From assembly GCA_000165425.1 (NCBI GenBank), contig CT868041.1, forward strand, positions 496,001-560,000: a DNA stretch of 64,000 nucleotides. The letters are read 5' to 3'. The notes beneath the pieces were generated by a model. The model was not told where the DNA came from and searched no databases. It worked only from the letters and a program-made list of their open reading frames with translations. The translations under genes and the position numbers were made by a program. The stretch comes from Paramecium tetraurelia (taxonomy: Eukaryota). Positions 1-13,546 of this stretch are shown piece after piece (positions within the stretch are counted from its first letter, which is position 1; each line of letters begins with the position of its first letter).

Positions 1-1058
1 CTCCAAACACTACGATATCAGCTCCACTCACATTGGCTGAATGTCCATATCTTGGAGCAGGGGGAGTTCCACTTACTCTTAACCTACTCCATGCAAAGTG
101 TTCAGTATCGAGAATTCTAATATCATTTAAATAGCAGCCTCTTAGATGTGATCCATGTCTCGGATTGGCTGTCTTATGTAATGTCTTAAGAGTTTTATCC
201 TCCTAATAATAGAAACCTCCTTGTATGATTAAATTGGCTCCCACCTATATAGCTGTGTGTCCTTAACGAGGAGTGGGAGAAGGCCCTGTGCAGGGTGGTT
301 GAGACCAAGCCATAACTTCTAAGTCTAGGACATAAAGATCGTTAAAATAATCTATCCCATTCCACCCTCCGAATATTATCATTTTGGTTGAAGCGTACTA
401 TGATTAATAAGACTAAAATACATACCAAAGTTGCAGAATGAGCAAACCTAGCACTTGGAGAACCAGAACCTTCAGGTCCTTAATACCAAGTTAATGTCAA
501 TGGATCAAGTGCATGTAAATCTCTAAACACACATTTCTCTCCCTTTCCACCAAATATAATTATCCTTTGTCCTGCCAAAACTGCAGAATGAGCATATCTA
601 GGAGCAGGCGGAGTACCTTAAACTTTGGCTTTAAACCATCTGTTTGCATTCACATCCATCTGATATGTGTCATTTAAGTATTTATATCCTTCATCTTTAT
701 TGGCATAATAATGTCCTCCAAACAATATAATCGAAGCTCCGCTCAGAGTTGCTGAATGACCACCTCGAGCACATGGAGGAACTCCCTCTATCAAAGGTTC
801 TGCCCATTGCCATTTTCTTTAATCAAATGGTTAATATTTGAAGCCTCCTTATTATAAAATGTTACTTTATTATTCATCCTATTGTTCCTCTGGTTGATAT
901 TCCTAATACTCTTCTTACGGTTACATATCTTGGTCTTCATCATCATAATATTGTTATCCTCCCATGTCATCTTAGCCATCCCCTTAGTCCTAATCTTCAT
1001 CATATTGTTCTATATTATTTTCAGAGTATTCTGAGTCACCTCCCAATACTTAATACAT
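1..1058 (-). CDS. Kelch-repeat beta-propeller protein with acidic Q/E/D-rich N-terminus (3' end outside window)
   Basis: ATG at 1058 ([11 protein letters not shown]...). Repeats [62 protein letters not shown]. 28-nt intron at 398-425. Confidence 0.9.
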
Positions 1059-1091
1059 TATTAAATTTAAATTATTATATAATAATTTTCC

Positions 1092-2437
1092 TCACAAAAA
1101 TAATTCTTCTTCTCTTTTTATCAAATTGCTTGTAAGATCAATCAGATTAAGAACCTTATTTACATTGTCTCCCCACTCTTATAAAACATCATTTTCGTTC
1201 TTTTTTAACTAGTATTCAACTATACCCAAGATTCTATCGATTTTACATTTTAATAACTACTTTCAATATTATTTCAATACCTTTTTAATCCATCATCAAA
1301 CAAATTTCTTCTTCTAACTCTTAAGTACTAATGCCAATTAACTCTGTTATTCTATTCAAGTAAACTGAATCATAGTAGATCTAAAATATCCTCAAATTGT
1401 GATGAATCAATTATCTCCTAAAGTCTATAAGTATTATATAATGCAATACCAACGTATCTTTGTTAATTGTTTTCAATGTTCTCATCAAAAATTTCAGCAG
1501 CTTAAATATTGTGACTCTATGGTGAAGTGCTAATCAATTCTGTTCCCAAAAAGGCTTAAATTAATTGTTACAAATTAGGCAATGCCTCAAGACCATATTT
1601 ATAAGTGGAAACAATGGATTGCAATTATTTTTACTAAAAAATCTATTGATTTAATACCTTCTCCTCAGAGTATTAACTCAATATCGAATACATCGCATAG
1701 TTTTCTAAGATTGTATTGTAATCAATTCTAAAATTGAAGTCTACTTTGGTTGCTTCCAATTATCTATTTTTATGCAATGATTCAAGTATTTTTGAATAGG
1801 CATGAGCAGTCTCTTTGTAATTATTCTCATGTCTATAATAGATAACTAAGAATGAGTAATAAATAATCTTAAGATCTGCAATATTATCGTCTTCGATATT
1901 TTTAGGTTCAATCTTTTTTGAGATAATGAATAACCTAACATAATCCAATTTCTTAATCATAATTTTCATTTGATAGAGGATGAATTCTAATTTTTCTCTC
2001 TTATCCATCGATCCATAGGTTTCAACCTAGACTTCCTATAATATTTTGGCTGCATCAGCAATTTGATTATCATCCTCTTTGTATTGAGTAAGCATTAACA
2101 CACATCGAGCATACTCTACTTCCAAATAGATCTTCTTTTCACACACTTTCATAATGGCATCAATCATTTCCAATTTTTAATTTAACGGAAGAGTTTTCAA
2201 TTCGATCATAGCCATTTAAACAAGTTCGATTTATGCTTTTTTTGGCTATCCTCTTTTCTTGCTAAGTGATACTATCAATTCATTGAATTTTGAGTATTAT
2301 TTAGTATCAAAACAGAGTTTGGCAATTTATTTAGTAACCTTTAGCGTTTCAACTAAATTGTTGGCTAATCTAGCTGTCTTTTCTTTATTCAGAAGATCTT
2401 CAATCTACTTCTCGAATTCATTCTCTTCAATGATCAT
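1092..2437 (-). CDS. RPN5: 26S proteasome lid subunit Rpn5/PSMD12 (PCI domain)
   Basis: MIIEENEFEKQIEDLLNKEKTARLA, KVCEKKIYLEVEYARC, EVQVETYGSMDKREKLEFILYQM. C-terminus VNKVLNLIDLTSNLIKREEELFL-TGA. Several tiny introns. Confidence 0.93.
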
Positions 2438-3143
2438 TTTAATTTAAATTTAATTAATACCAATCTGAATGCATTTTTTTAATAATGATCAATGAAGGCA
2501 AATACTCAATTGTTCACCATCAGGATTAATATTCATTTATTAGACTAGTCAAATTCAAAAGATGATTTAACTAAAAAGAACCTAGATGAGGCAAATGAAC
2601 TCTCCTAAAACCAAATATTGACTTTCCTTCTAGATTGATACTATTATTTGAACAAAGGAGTCAGAGAACCTTAGGATAATGATGTATTTTTATTTCATTT
2701 ATTCTTATATTTCAAGAAATTTATTATTCTAGGGCCAAGATATTAAAATAAATATTGAATCAAATATTTAAACTATATTACTAATTTTTAGAAATTTGTA
2801 GTCTCTCTACAGAAAACCTAATTTTTTAATTGAATTAATATGAGTTTGAAAAAAATATGAGGCTGATAATAAAATTCAATATTTGTATTGAACTTTAACA
2901 CTCCCTTAATTGTTTACACATTAATTTTGACAGTTTCCTTAAATATTTAATTTTTGATTCAAAATTATAGTAGTATATACTGTAGTAGATATTAAAATTG
3001 ATATATTATCCTAATTAATTATTAATCTTTCAAATCAACAAAGTTATAAAGAAATCAAAATAGATGTATATATATTATTTTGATTCTCAAAAACAAATAA
3101 GTGATATCAAAAATACATACACTTTTGAGATAAAAGTTCAAAA

Positions 3144-4145
3144 TCATTTAATCAAAAATTCCTATAGCTCTTTCAAATACTGCATAGTTTATTAATATTA
3201 ATCTTTTATGGTCTCTATTTCTTCAAAGACATTGTTAAAATAATCCTCACGAATAACCTATTAAATCATAAATTAAATATACTTAATTCACAGACTACTA
3301 TAATTAACTAAAGTCATTCATTTATTAATTCAATAACTCATGAGTTCTTTGTAAATTGTAAGTAAGATTGTCTGTTTTTTATTTCAATACTTCTACTTCC
3401 GTAAGATTATCTTTTGAGGTTATGCGCTCAATTTTTTTTTAGATTTGAATTGAAACATCCAAAAAGGATTTTAATGATTAATCAACCTAATAATCCATTT
3501 TCATGATACATGCTAATTATATTCAATAATTCTTTTATCTGTTTAATTTTTATGGGATTGAAAGGCTTCATCCAGCTGTTTCAATTTTAATTCAAATTTC
3601 CCTATTCTTTACAAAAGTAAAGTGAGTTTCTCTTAAATTCCATTAAAGTAATCTGCACTCGATTTATTGTTTTATTAATACTATCTGTTAGTTTTTTCAC
3701 TGAATAAAGTAAATAAATACCTCAACTGTAATCTTTCTTCAATTTATTCAAATCTCCTTTCAAATTCATTAAGCAACATAACCAAAGCTGAATCATTATT
3801 ATTACTCTAATATTTGGAAGCATTATCCCTCACAGAATCATATGATTTTTTTTGGCATTCATCCATGATACTTGTCTTTTTTGAATTAAACCTGTCATTT
3901 TCAATCGATTATAAATTAAAAGATATGCTTTAATTTTATGTTTTCATTGGAACTGCATTAGCCTCAATTGAATTAGTGAGTAAATATTAGTCATTATAAC
4001 TCTCATTTTAAGCTAATTATTTCTCAATTAATAGTAACTTTTCGTCTAAAGTTTTGTTGTTCTAGTTCTGATTTTCCTTCTGGGTTCTTCTATTAATCAT
4101 TCGAAATTCATCAATGCTATTAGCTCTTTAATTTATTTTAGACAT
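3144..4145 (-). CDS. Hypothetical coiled-coil protein
   Basis: ATG TCT AAA at 4145. Continuous frame after removing three 21-25 nt GTA..AG introns; ends ELQEFLIK-TGA. Confidence 0.7.
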
Positions 4146-4210
4146 ATTTGAATTTGAATACCAATTATTTAATAAAATCTCTAATATTAATTATTAAAAC
4201 ACAATATTAT

Positions 4211-4523
4211 TCAAGTTAAATATTCTATAAAGGCTTTTTATTATAAAAAATAAAAACACATATATTTAAGAAGAAGAATAGAAATTTTAGCTCTAAAATT
4301 GATTTAAATTTTTTATTTCAAATCCATCATTTATTCTACCAGGAGAGATAATTCTTAATCAATACCTTTCGATTTGCATTAAACTATAGATTTTTGCAAA
4401 TTATTCTTCCAACTTCAATGAAGAGAATCTATCCTTGTACTATGTCTATATACTGTTTTAGGATCTTGTAGTCAACCCATTTATAGATTTTGGACAGTGT
4501 AGTAAAACTATAATGTAATTCAT
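4211..4523 (-). CDS. Possible small gene or gene relic with hydrophobic C-terminus
   Basis: ATG-initiated frame (MNYIIVLLHCPKS...) with one putative ~30-nt intron. No recognisable motif. Confidence 0.25.
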
Positions 4524-4574
4524 AAAACTTAATAATATAAATTATTGTTAGAATTAATTTTAAATTTCTCACTC

Positions 4575-5471
4575 ATGTCCCTTAAATCTCAAAGAAGCAA
4601 ATCAAAGCAAACATAGAACTAGACCCTTGATACTAGTTATTAGAACAAGAGTCATAGTGACAAACGTACTAGCAGATTTTTAGCTAGCTTGGAGTTAAAT
4701 AATGAAAACTCAAATTCAAACTCTAAATAAGATAACCCTGAAAAGGCATTCTTGTATTTGTTTTTAATTATCAAAGCATTTTGTTGGATGCATGCTCAGA
4801 ACTTGTGCAATTACATAATGATTCCCACAAATAAGAAATCGATCAGGCAATTAAATAAAATTAAACATTTGAATAAGTTGCAATTCTTGTTCACTCAAAA
4901 TTATAATTACTTAAAAGGGATTATGTTACCAGTGAATATTAATTGATTTAATTAAAAGAATCTATAATCTCAAAACAATAATAATAAACTTAGTAAAATT
5001 CATTTGACTTATATTAAAAATTACATGACTAGAATTAAAGATGGAAGCAACTATACTTTTAAGAGGCTAGACAACTTATTGAAGTCACTAAATAATAAAA
5101 ATAATTTACTATTGAGCTACAACAATAATTAGAATACATAAATATACTAGAATTGAAATAGGAGACCTTAGAATAAAAGTATTTAGAATTGTTTGAATTA
5201 ATTCATAATTCAAATTAGAATTAGAATATTGATATTAAAAAATATTGCAATGCTTTACAACAAGTCTTAAATGATAAAACTGAATTATTATCAGTTTAAT
5301 TGTAAAATTCCAGAAAGCAATGCATTGATTTATCTAAACGACTTTAGGATGAAATAATGAAAGTATTTTCTATATATTTTTATTTAGGTTCAAGCTGCCT
5401 AGGAACTCAGAATTGTTGACATGTAGTATATAATGAGTTTAGAAAATAGCATAGATTAAAATAGTTAATGA
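4575..5471 (+). CDS. Hypothetical coiled-coil protein
   Basis: MSLKSQRSKSKQ...; introns at 4754-4776 and near 5363-5387 restore the frame; heptad-like Q/L/E-rich sequence; TGA 5469-5471. Confidence 0.75.
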
Positions 5472-6369
5472 GATTCCCTAAATTTTCATATTTAATTTTG
5501 TAATTAAATCTATAACTATAAATTTTATTTCAAATAATCATAATCAAATCATAAAATTGAAATCTCTAAGATCTAAAGTCAAATAACCTATACTACTAAA
5601 AGTGAATTAGTAGTATGCTTGATCAATAATATATCAACTCTTAATATGAATTAGTAATTAATCGTCAACAAATTAATTCAAACGGTAAAATTTATTTACT
5701 TAACTCTAAAAACTAAAAGATATTAACAATAAGATATATTTTATATTATTCAATGCTCAAGGAAAATAGTAAGATAAATTCAGATTTGATTTAGCCTGTA
5801 AAAGTTAATACTAATATCTTATATAAATAGAGCAACACTAGATCTTAAGTCTAAATTAATTAAATTTCTTTTATAAAAGATTTTAATAAAAAAATAAGCT
5901 TTTCCATAGGTACATAATTAGATATAACAAATTAAGATTCTATTTAAAGATAATGCTTATTCAAATCTTCGATTTGATCATGATTACAGAAAAAATTGAA
6001 AACATGTCTTTTTTCTTTTAAAGAATGATTTTAATTAAAAACTTATAAGCTTACTTTACTTAAAATAAAGTTAATATATTAAGTAGAATATATTAAATTA
6101 TCTAAGTTAACTAAATATTGCTTTAAATAAAATAAGCTATTAGTATAATTTACAGTAATGGATATAAAATTAGAGTATTAGAATTCTATTAATATATTAA
6201 ATAAAAATTAGAATGACTAATATGATAGGATGAGTATATTATATTAGATCTAGATAAAATAAATGTTTTATTCAATTTTTAATACATAATTTTGTAATCA
6301 TTGCGCATATACAAATTGGTGCATTATTTTCAATAAAAAAATAAATAATATAAATTTTGAAATTTAGAT

Positions 6370-7602
6370 ATGCAATAGATTTCCCCAGAGGTTGAACAAT
6401 ATCTTTCTGAATTATTGAAGCCTGTTCTTGAAAGAGTGGATGAATTAAAAATAAGAGATCAATAAAATGAAGACTAAATCAATTCACTTGTTCAAGAATT
6501 GACTTAGTTAAAACAATTGGTTGGCACCCTAAAGCCTTTAAAATAAGATGAGGAGAAAAGTACATTGATAATAATTTTTATTAGAACAAATAAAGCAAGA
6601 ATAAAAGAAAGATAATAATGGAAATCATGGTAAGCAATATTATTATAAATTCAAATTAATTAGAAAACAAAAAACAGGACCGTCCCACAACTGCTGCTGT
6701 CTAAAAGATTGAATAAAATAAAGTAAAAGAGCCTCGACCTTCAACTGGCCAAAAACAATTGAGTTAAAGTGTCATCGTAGATAAAACAACAACAAATGAA
6801 GTAGATAAAGGTACTGTAGATTCTATGTCCTCTAGTGCCTTTGAAATCTCCAAGAGATTCAACATAAAAGCAACCAAAACCCCAAGGATAACAATAATAA
6901 CAACCTCCTTAACCTAAACCAAAACCTTAAAAATAACCTGAATAAAAAGATACAAAAGATTAAAAAGACTCTAAACCACAAGGTTAAGGTAATATTAAAG
7001 ATAATTGAGTAGAATAACCCTAAAAATAGGCTTAACCTTAAAAAGATGAAAAAAAAGGGGAGAAGCCAAAATAAACTAAATAAAATGCGGCCGTTCAACC
7101 TGAAAAGACTGAAAAACCAAAGGAAGCTCCTAAGAAGACAGATAAACCATAAGATCAGAAACCTAATGGTACAGCAAAAAATTAAGGAAAACCTAATGAT
7201 AAAAAGGCAGAACCTAAATAAGACGATAAAAAAATAATAAAAAAAACAAAATAACCAACTGGCCAACCTGGAGGTTAATAATAAACTGATGAATAATTCT
7301 AATAATAATTATAAGCTTCTCAAGTCAACTAAGAACAATAATCTGCTGAAAAATCATCAAAAGAAAATCATTCTGAATAAAATGAATAACATTCAGATAA
7401 TCATTAAGAAATTACAAACAGTGAATAGGTTGTTGAATAACCCCCATAAGAGTAACACCAAGAGGAACATTAGGAGGAATAAAATTAATTTTAACATCAA
7501 GAATAAAAAGAAGAAGAACATTAATAATAATAAGAGGATTAAAATTTGGTTAACAATCAACCACAAGAGGAGTCATAGGGGTAATAATAAGAAGTAATTT
7601 GA
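6370..7602 (+). CDS. Hypothetical protein: N-terminal coiled coil plus long Q/K/E/P low-complexity tail
   Basis: MQQISPEVEQYLSELLKPVLERVDELK...; two tiny introns; RPTTAA and RPSTG motifs; TGA 7600-7602. Confidence 0.8.
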
Positions 7603-7676
7603 GCTTATATATATTATAAGTGGAAAATATCAACGTATAATATATATTATAATTAATAACTAATTGATCAACTGAA

Positions 7677-8259
7677 ATGTCAAGTGATAACTAAATTATG
7701 CGGGTGACAGAATAAGAGGCTTTGATGGATTTAAGATAAGATGTAAGATAAAATAGTAAATTAGTTTATGAGAAGGATCAATAAAAACCATATGAAAATG
7801 GAATTATCTGAAAGAAAACATAATGATGGTTCTCTAGAAAAGTCAGTTAAATTGACTCCCATGACAACAGGAGATTATATAGGAATATGGGCAATTGCTA
7901 TATTAAAAAGCTTTTTTTTAATATGCTTTCTTTTGATGGTTTATGAAATATATAAAGACATTTAAGCGCACATTGACATTTCAAAAACTTAGGTTTTAAT
8001 AGAAATGAAGAATTGTGGTGCTGAATATGAACAAAACTTGTGTTCCGAAAATTATTTAATAGAATCAATGGCACAAAAATGCAAAGAATTAGAAATTTGT
8101 ATAAACTAAAACATTGAAATGAAAGTGAGGACACAATAACTTTGGTTACAGGTTTTAGGAAATTCATTTGAAAATATGTTCAAAACGCTTTCTCTTAAAA
8201 CTTGTGTCATGATCTCCTTTATAAGTATAACAACTAGCATTGTTTTTATCAAAAACTGA
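7677..8259 (+). CDS. Brr6/Brl1-like nuclear envelope membrane protein
   Basis: TM (IWAIAILKSFFLICFLLMVY), then KDIQAHID...MKNCGAEYEQNLCSE...AQKCKELEICIN, then NSFENMFKTLSLKT and a second TM. Four luminal Cys between two TMs is the Brr6/Brl1 domain pattern. One 22-nt intron. Confidence 0.8.
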
Positions 8260-8480
8260 GTGATTTATTTCTTATATTGTAAATACCATTTATTATATTT
8301 GAGTTTGTGTTGGCGGCATATTTATTTTAATAACATTAAATTTATTGAATATGAATATTAACTTAAAATAAGTTAATGTCTTTTCTCTTGTTTTCAATAT
8401 ATCATATTCACTATTAATTCTTTTTTTTATTATGTTTAATATGAAATTTTTGAATTTCTTACATAAATTAATTCAACAAA

Positions 8481-8554
8481 TAGAATGTATAAATATCAAA
8501 GTTGGTGTTCAAAAAAACAAATTGATAACACCATTTTTGTTATTTATACATCTA
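8481..8554. repeat. Imperfect ~29-bp inverted repeat (fold-back hairpin)
   Basis: TAGAATGTATAAATATCAAAGTTGGTGTT ... AACACCATTTTTGTTATTTATACATCTA. The arms match at about 25 of 29 positions. Confidence 0.75.
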
Positions 8555-8613
8555 AATTTAAATAAATACAAAAAATGTCTTATAATATATTAGCCTTACA
8601 TAAATACATGTTA

Positions 8614-9928
8614 TCAGACAAATTGCTTTATATAGTTTCTGTAAGGCACACTTGGTTTTCTGACACTATGACAAAGTAATAAACTTGCTGTTAGAACATT
8701 CAATGCATTAAATTAATGGATACTTCCAGAATGAACTTACACCTAGTATAATAATTCAAGTTACTTGATTGAGTAATGCTACTATTCCTGTGAGTAATTA
8801 ATAATTAAGAACTCCGTAAAGGGCATAACATATATATCTAGCTTGTTTTGGTAGATTACTCTTATAAGCGAGATAAGTAATATAAGATCCAAAGGCATAA
8901 GTTAAATATGCTGCATTTCTATGATTGAATTATACCCTAAATAATACATAAAAATTATTACATCACAACATTCTCAAAGAAGTTCTTATAAAATGGTGAT
9001 GCTTTAAATAAGTTGGCTGGAACTATTTACCCATTCATAGTAGGCCATGTATTAAAAACCTTTCCTGCATCTATACCTGCCATAGCTGCTCCAGTTAATA
9101 AATTGATGGCTACTAAATGAATCAAACCAATTCCAAGTCCTCTAAATTTAAGATGAGTTTTATAATTTTCTGGAGTTATTGATAAATGCTAAGGTTTTCT
9201 AAAAAGGGTAGCAGCATTCCAAATTAAAAGGGAATACAATGATAGTGCCATTGATAAATGTACAGTAAGTCTGTAAGTTGAAACTCTAGGCTTTTGTTAA
9301 TATTCTGGTTTTGGTCTGTCCAATCCTGATTTGACCATCCACCATCCAATCAAACCTTACAATAATCCAAGACCACCTATTGCTCCTAGTCTTTTTGCAT
9401 ACTATGGTTTAACCCATTTCATAGCTGTAAATGCAGCCAAGGGTAAAACATAAAGAGCTCCCAAAGTGGATCCAGATACTCGGTGTAAATATTCAACAAT
9501 GAATATTTTCTTGAACTTCTCTAAATCAATAGGAGAATGTTAGTATTCTGGGAATTGTTTGTAATAGTCAAATTCCTTCTCCCAATCAGCTTGGTTTCTT
9601 GGATATACATATTCTATTGGTTTCCATTTAGTCATTGATAATCCTAAATATAATTGAATATCTATGTACCTGAATGAGTAAGTCTGGTGTATCCACCCAA
9701 GAGGACCATAAAATAGACTCCCCCTGCACAAAGAAGCAACCATCCTCCTATTAACCATCTTTTTGATGGATTAACCCATTCATTGACAGGGTCTTCGAAA
9801 TGAGCATTTCTATCAAACTTAGCGTCCTTGCTTGCTTCAGCATTAGAGAATTTGTAATATCTATTATTTTGCAAAGGCTTAAGTGTTGTGGTTAGGTTTT
9901 TGAATGTTCTTATTCTTGATAATAGCAT
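8614..9928 (-). CDS. COX15: Heme A synthase COX15, mitochondrial
   Basis: Mitochondrial-type presequence MLLSRIRTFK; VLLGGYTRLTHSGLSMTKWKP, WEKEFDYYKQFPEY, EYLHRVSG, QGLIGWWMVKSGL, PRVSTYRLTVHL, AGIDAGKVFNTWPTMNG. Confidence 0.96.
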
Positions 9929-9987
9929 AGAAATGATATAAAATTATAAATAATGAATAGATATGTATTAATATTATAAAATTAATT

Positions 9988-10296
9988 ATGGACGAGCCAA
10001 ACGAGCAAGAAATCGAAGAACTTTAAAATTAATACTTCTAAGATAAAATGTTTAGAGTTTGTGCAAAAGCAGTTATTAATGATGATGCATATTTCAACAG
10101 ATTATATGAGCCAGAATATTTGCAAGGTTTAGCTGATAGGGCAAAGGACTAAAAAGAGAAGAATGATATTCTTAACCAAAAGAAAAAAGTAGAATACAAT
10201 CAAAACAATGTAAAAGAGATGTTTTATTAATGCTTTAATCGATATTTCTATGTTTATGGGGTCTTACAATAAGTAGCTCATGCAGATGATGATTGA
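9988..10296 (+). CDS. 102-aa protein resembling a degenerate small Tim (Tim8/9/10/13-like) with only two Cys
   Basis: Intronless ATG..TGA. DKMFRVCAKAVIN and KEMFYQCFNRYFYVY resemble the two helices of the twin CX3C motif with one Cys each. The gene is well supported; the family call is tentative. Confidence 0.55.
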
Positions 10297-10488
10297 AAAT
10301 CTAATAAAAATATTCATAATTTAATTGATGCTTCTGAATCATTAAAATACAAACAAATCATTTAAAGTTTACAAGAATTTTAAATCATTTTACTTTCTTA
10401 TTATATTCTTAATTCATCAATATAGATATAAATTATGTTATATATTTGAGATAATATCAAGGTTGTTTGCATAAGCATTAATCTTTTC

Positions 10489-12143
10489 TCAAAATTATTA
10501 ATTAAGTAATAATTGGTTAACTTTTATTTTCTTTACAATTTAATTTGATGAAAAATTTATATATAGATTTTCCCGAGGAGCTAAATAATAATGAAATGAT
10601 GTTTACTTTTGGATTGAGTTCCAGGCGTAATTGAAGATAGATTTTCATTTAATTTTATAACAGACGTGCTTCGTTTCATCTTGATTTACAACTTTGCTTC
10701 TGGTTTTGGAGTTTGAAAATTAGAAAAAATAGTTTTGTTCATCATTTAATCTTTTTTTTATTCATTCTATAGTTTATTATTTTCTTATTGTTATGGAATG
10801 TTGAATTAAAATACAATTTGAGAGGCATTTGGTTTTATATGTTCTGATTTTGAAGAAGATTTATTTCTATTGAATTATCTAGATTATGATTTGCGTAAAC
10901 AGAAAGATTATTATTAATTTTACTATGCAGAGATTTTCTATTATACTTTTTAGATTAGAATTTATGAATCAAAGATAGTAGGATCTACTTGATGGAAAGA
11001 AATTGAGTTTTAACTTCTTTATAATTATTATAAGGGATCTTATTTTTTTTTAATTTTGATGTTTTTTTATCTGAAATATTGTTAGATAAACGTTGGCATC
11101 TTCTTATAAGATAAATTGCCAATGATAAATTGCATTTGATCATCTATTGTTTAACATTATTAATCTTAGGATGATGATTATTTTTAGATGACTTTAAAAG
11201 AAATAGTTTTTTTAATATCTTAACTTAAGATCTAACTTTTATTAGTATTTTACCAATACTTTTCCAATTCTTAACATTTTTCTTTATAAATTTCTTCTCT
11301 TATAAATTAATTATCCGTTGAAATTTTGAAGATTGCCTAAAACACTTGTTGACTAATCTACTTTAGTTATTGAATAGAAATCATTAATAACGTGGCTGTC
11401 TTTGACGCTACTTAAACATTGTATAAGGCTTTATCACACGATAAAAACTCTTCTCCTATAAATCCTTTATCTATGAATTCACATAAAACGATATCATCAA
11501 ACCAAAATTTCTTTGGTAATACCAATTTTTCGTATTAGGAAAGGGATTTTTAGTATGTTTTGCTCACAATTAAAATACCATGTTGGAGAATAAATAAAGA
11601 ACTACCAGGATCATCCATTTTCAACACAAAATCCTTGTTAACAAACTTAACCTCTTGAAATCCCTTAATAAGTTAATCTTGAATTCTATAGTTCACTTTT
11701 TCAAGGATGGGTAAATTGGATATTAATGTTTTTTTTTTCTATTGAAACATTTAAGTGTGGCACGCAGTAAATTTTTTATAGATACTCAAGGGTAACATGA
11801 AACAATGGGTTTCTGTCTAAGTTTGAGCAATTGAGTTACTTAAGCTTCAAATGCAAATTCGCCTTCATACCACATATCTGGTTGAATTTATAAGTTTTCA
11901 TGTGTTCTCAGCATCCCTTTGATCACGTAGTAAGCCATATTGTTATTCTTTTAAACAGACTGCCCTTTTTCAAAATATGCATACCCAATTCTTTTACTAA
12001 TCTATTTATACGGTAATAAGAATTACATCTTTTAACATTTCGTATGGAGCTTGAAATTGATGTAACTGACTTAAGTAATCATGTATTAAGGAGATATCTT
12101 CCTGAGTTTTCTACTATTTAATTAGTTTTGGAATTAAATGCAT
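10489..12143 (-). CDS. Cyclic-nucleotide-binding-domain protein with disordered basic C-terminus
   Basis: VKFVNKDFVLKMDDPGSSLFILQHGILIV and KGFIGEEFL..KALYNVQVASKTATLLMI fit a cNMP-binding fold. Tiny introns; end approximate. Confidence 0.7.
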
Positions 12144-12559
12144 ATATTTAAGAATCTTAGCTAAAAAACTAAATATTCCAAAAAATATCGATTAAATTTC
12201 ATTTTAATTAAGTATATATTTTGATATCTTCAATCGAATTGTTTAACAGACACTCAAAGAACACAATCTTATTTTCAATCTCAATTTAGTAACATTAAAA
12301 GTAAATAATCTATTTTATAATATTATTTTAAATAATTAGCATTAAATTATCTTAATACATTCCTGATTAACGTATATAGATAGATAGAGATATTAACACG
12401 TAAGAATATATAGAAAAAGAGTTAATATATAAAATATATCTAATTATCAATATGATAATTTAATAAAGGAATTCAAAAATTTAGATCTAACAAGATATTA
12501 GATTTATATTTCAAAAAGTTAAGATAAATCAAATTCTTGGTAGACTATCTTTATAAAAT

Positions 12560-13537
12560 AAATTGCTCATAATTTACAATAAATTTTCTTGTAAAATAAT
12601 TTTATAGATTCTTATTAATACTCTATTGATTTATGTTAGTAGTTTTTATGATCTTGTTTGAGATGTTTTGAATTATTGTAAATGGAATCTAATTTCAATT
12701 CTGTATGAGAGGCTAATGATGAATTATCATCTTCCAAACATTCTTTCCGTTACGGTATCTTCAATTAATGTTTCTACGTTGGCAAGAGTATTCCATTTCG
12801 AATTAGTCTAAAATATAAGCAAAATGTGTTTTTACATTTGACTTGGAACCCTACAAAGAATTCCAGTTTAAACATTAGGATCCTAAGAGTTAGATTTTAA
12901 ATGCTCTAGCTTTGTCTCTAATTCATTTAAAGGTAATTTTCTGACTCTTATTTTTTATCTCGGTGATTGAGCTGCAGAAGATGGATTTGATTTTTTTTCT
13001 GCTTTAATTTAAGGAGGAACAGTAGTTTTAATTAATTATTATGTGGAGAGGAATTATAAGGTTCCTCTTTTGTTAGGTGTACTTTCATCTTTAAACTATT
13101 GAACATGAACTGATTGATCAAAAATTTATGATGAACTATGCTTAGTTCTATTTGATTTACTAGAAGGTTTAGACTCGATTACTTCATCAATTTCAACAGA
13201 TTTGGAAATTCTGTCTGATATTTTTAATTCGGCACACATTCTTAATAAATTTAGAGGTTTTTGAATGGGTCTAAATTTCATGAATGATAGTTCTGTATTT
13301 CTGCTTTTGAGAAGTGAAAGAAATTTCTTTTTGCTGTGTTGAAGAACCTGCTGTTTTTATTGAATCAATTATTTTTCGTCTATTATTTTTTACTTTTCTT
13401 TTTATTTGACTAGAGTCTTCAAGTAGCTGTTTCTTTAGGCTGGAGTCTTTAGAAATCTACAATCAAGATGGTCATTACCTCAGTGTATCTCCAATAAGCT
13501 TTGACTCAATTTTTGGGATTGAATTATATTATTTCAT
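12560..13537 (-). CDS. Hypothetical basic S/K/Q-rich protein (3' end uncertain)
   Basis: ATG at 13537 (MKQYNSIPKIESKLIGDTLR), a 22-nt intron, then a long TGA-free frame. The stop position depends on a possible intron near 12810-12837. Confidence 0.6.
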
Positions 13538-13546
13538 TTTATGATA

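Noticed and set aside
2485..3100. Plus-strand gene divergent from RPN5
   Set aside because: All frames hit TGA within about 50 codons and no canonical intron rescues them; at most a relic.
5472..6369. ~900-nt AT-rich gap as a possible mobile element or retained IES
   Set aside because: No terminal inverted repeats, transposase motif or clear TAYAG ends were seen.
6859..7266. 135-aa hydrophobic minus-strand ORF in the track
   Set aside because: Antisense shadow of the K/Q/E-rich plus-strand gene 6370-7602.
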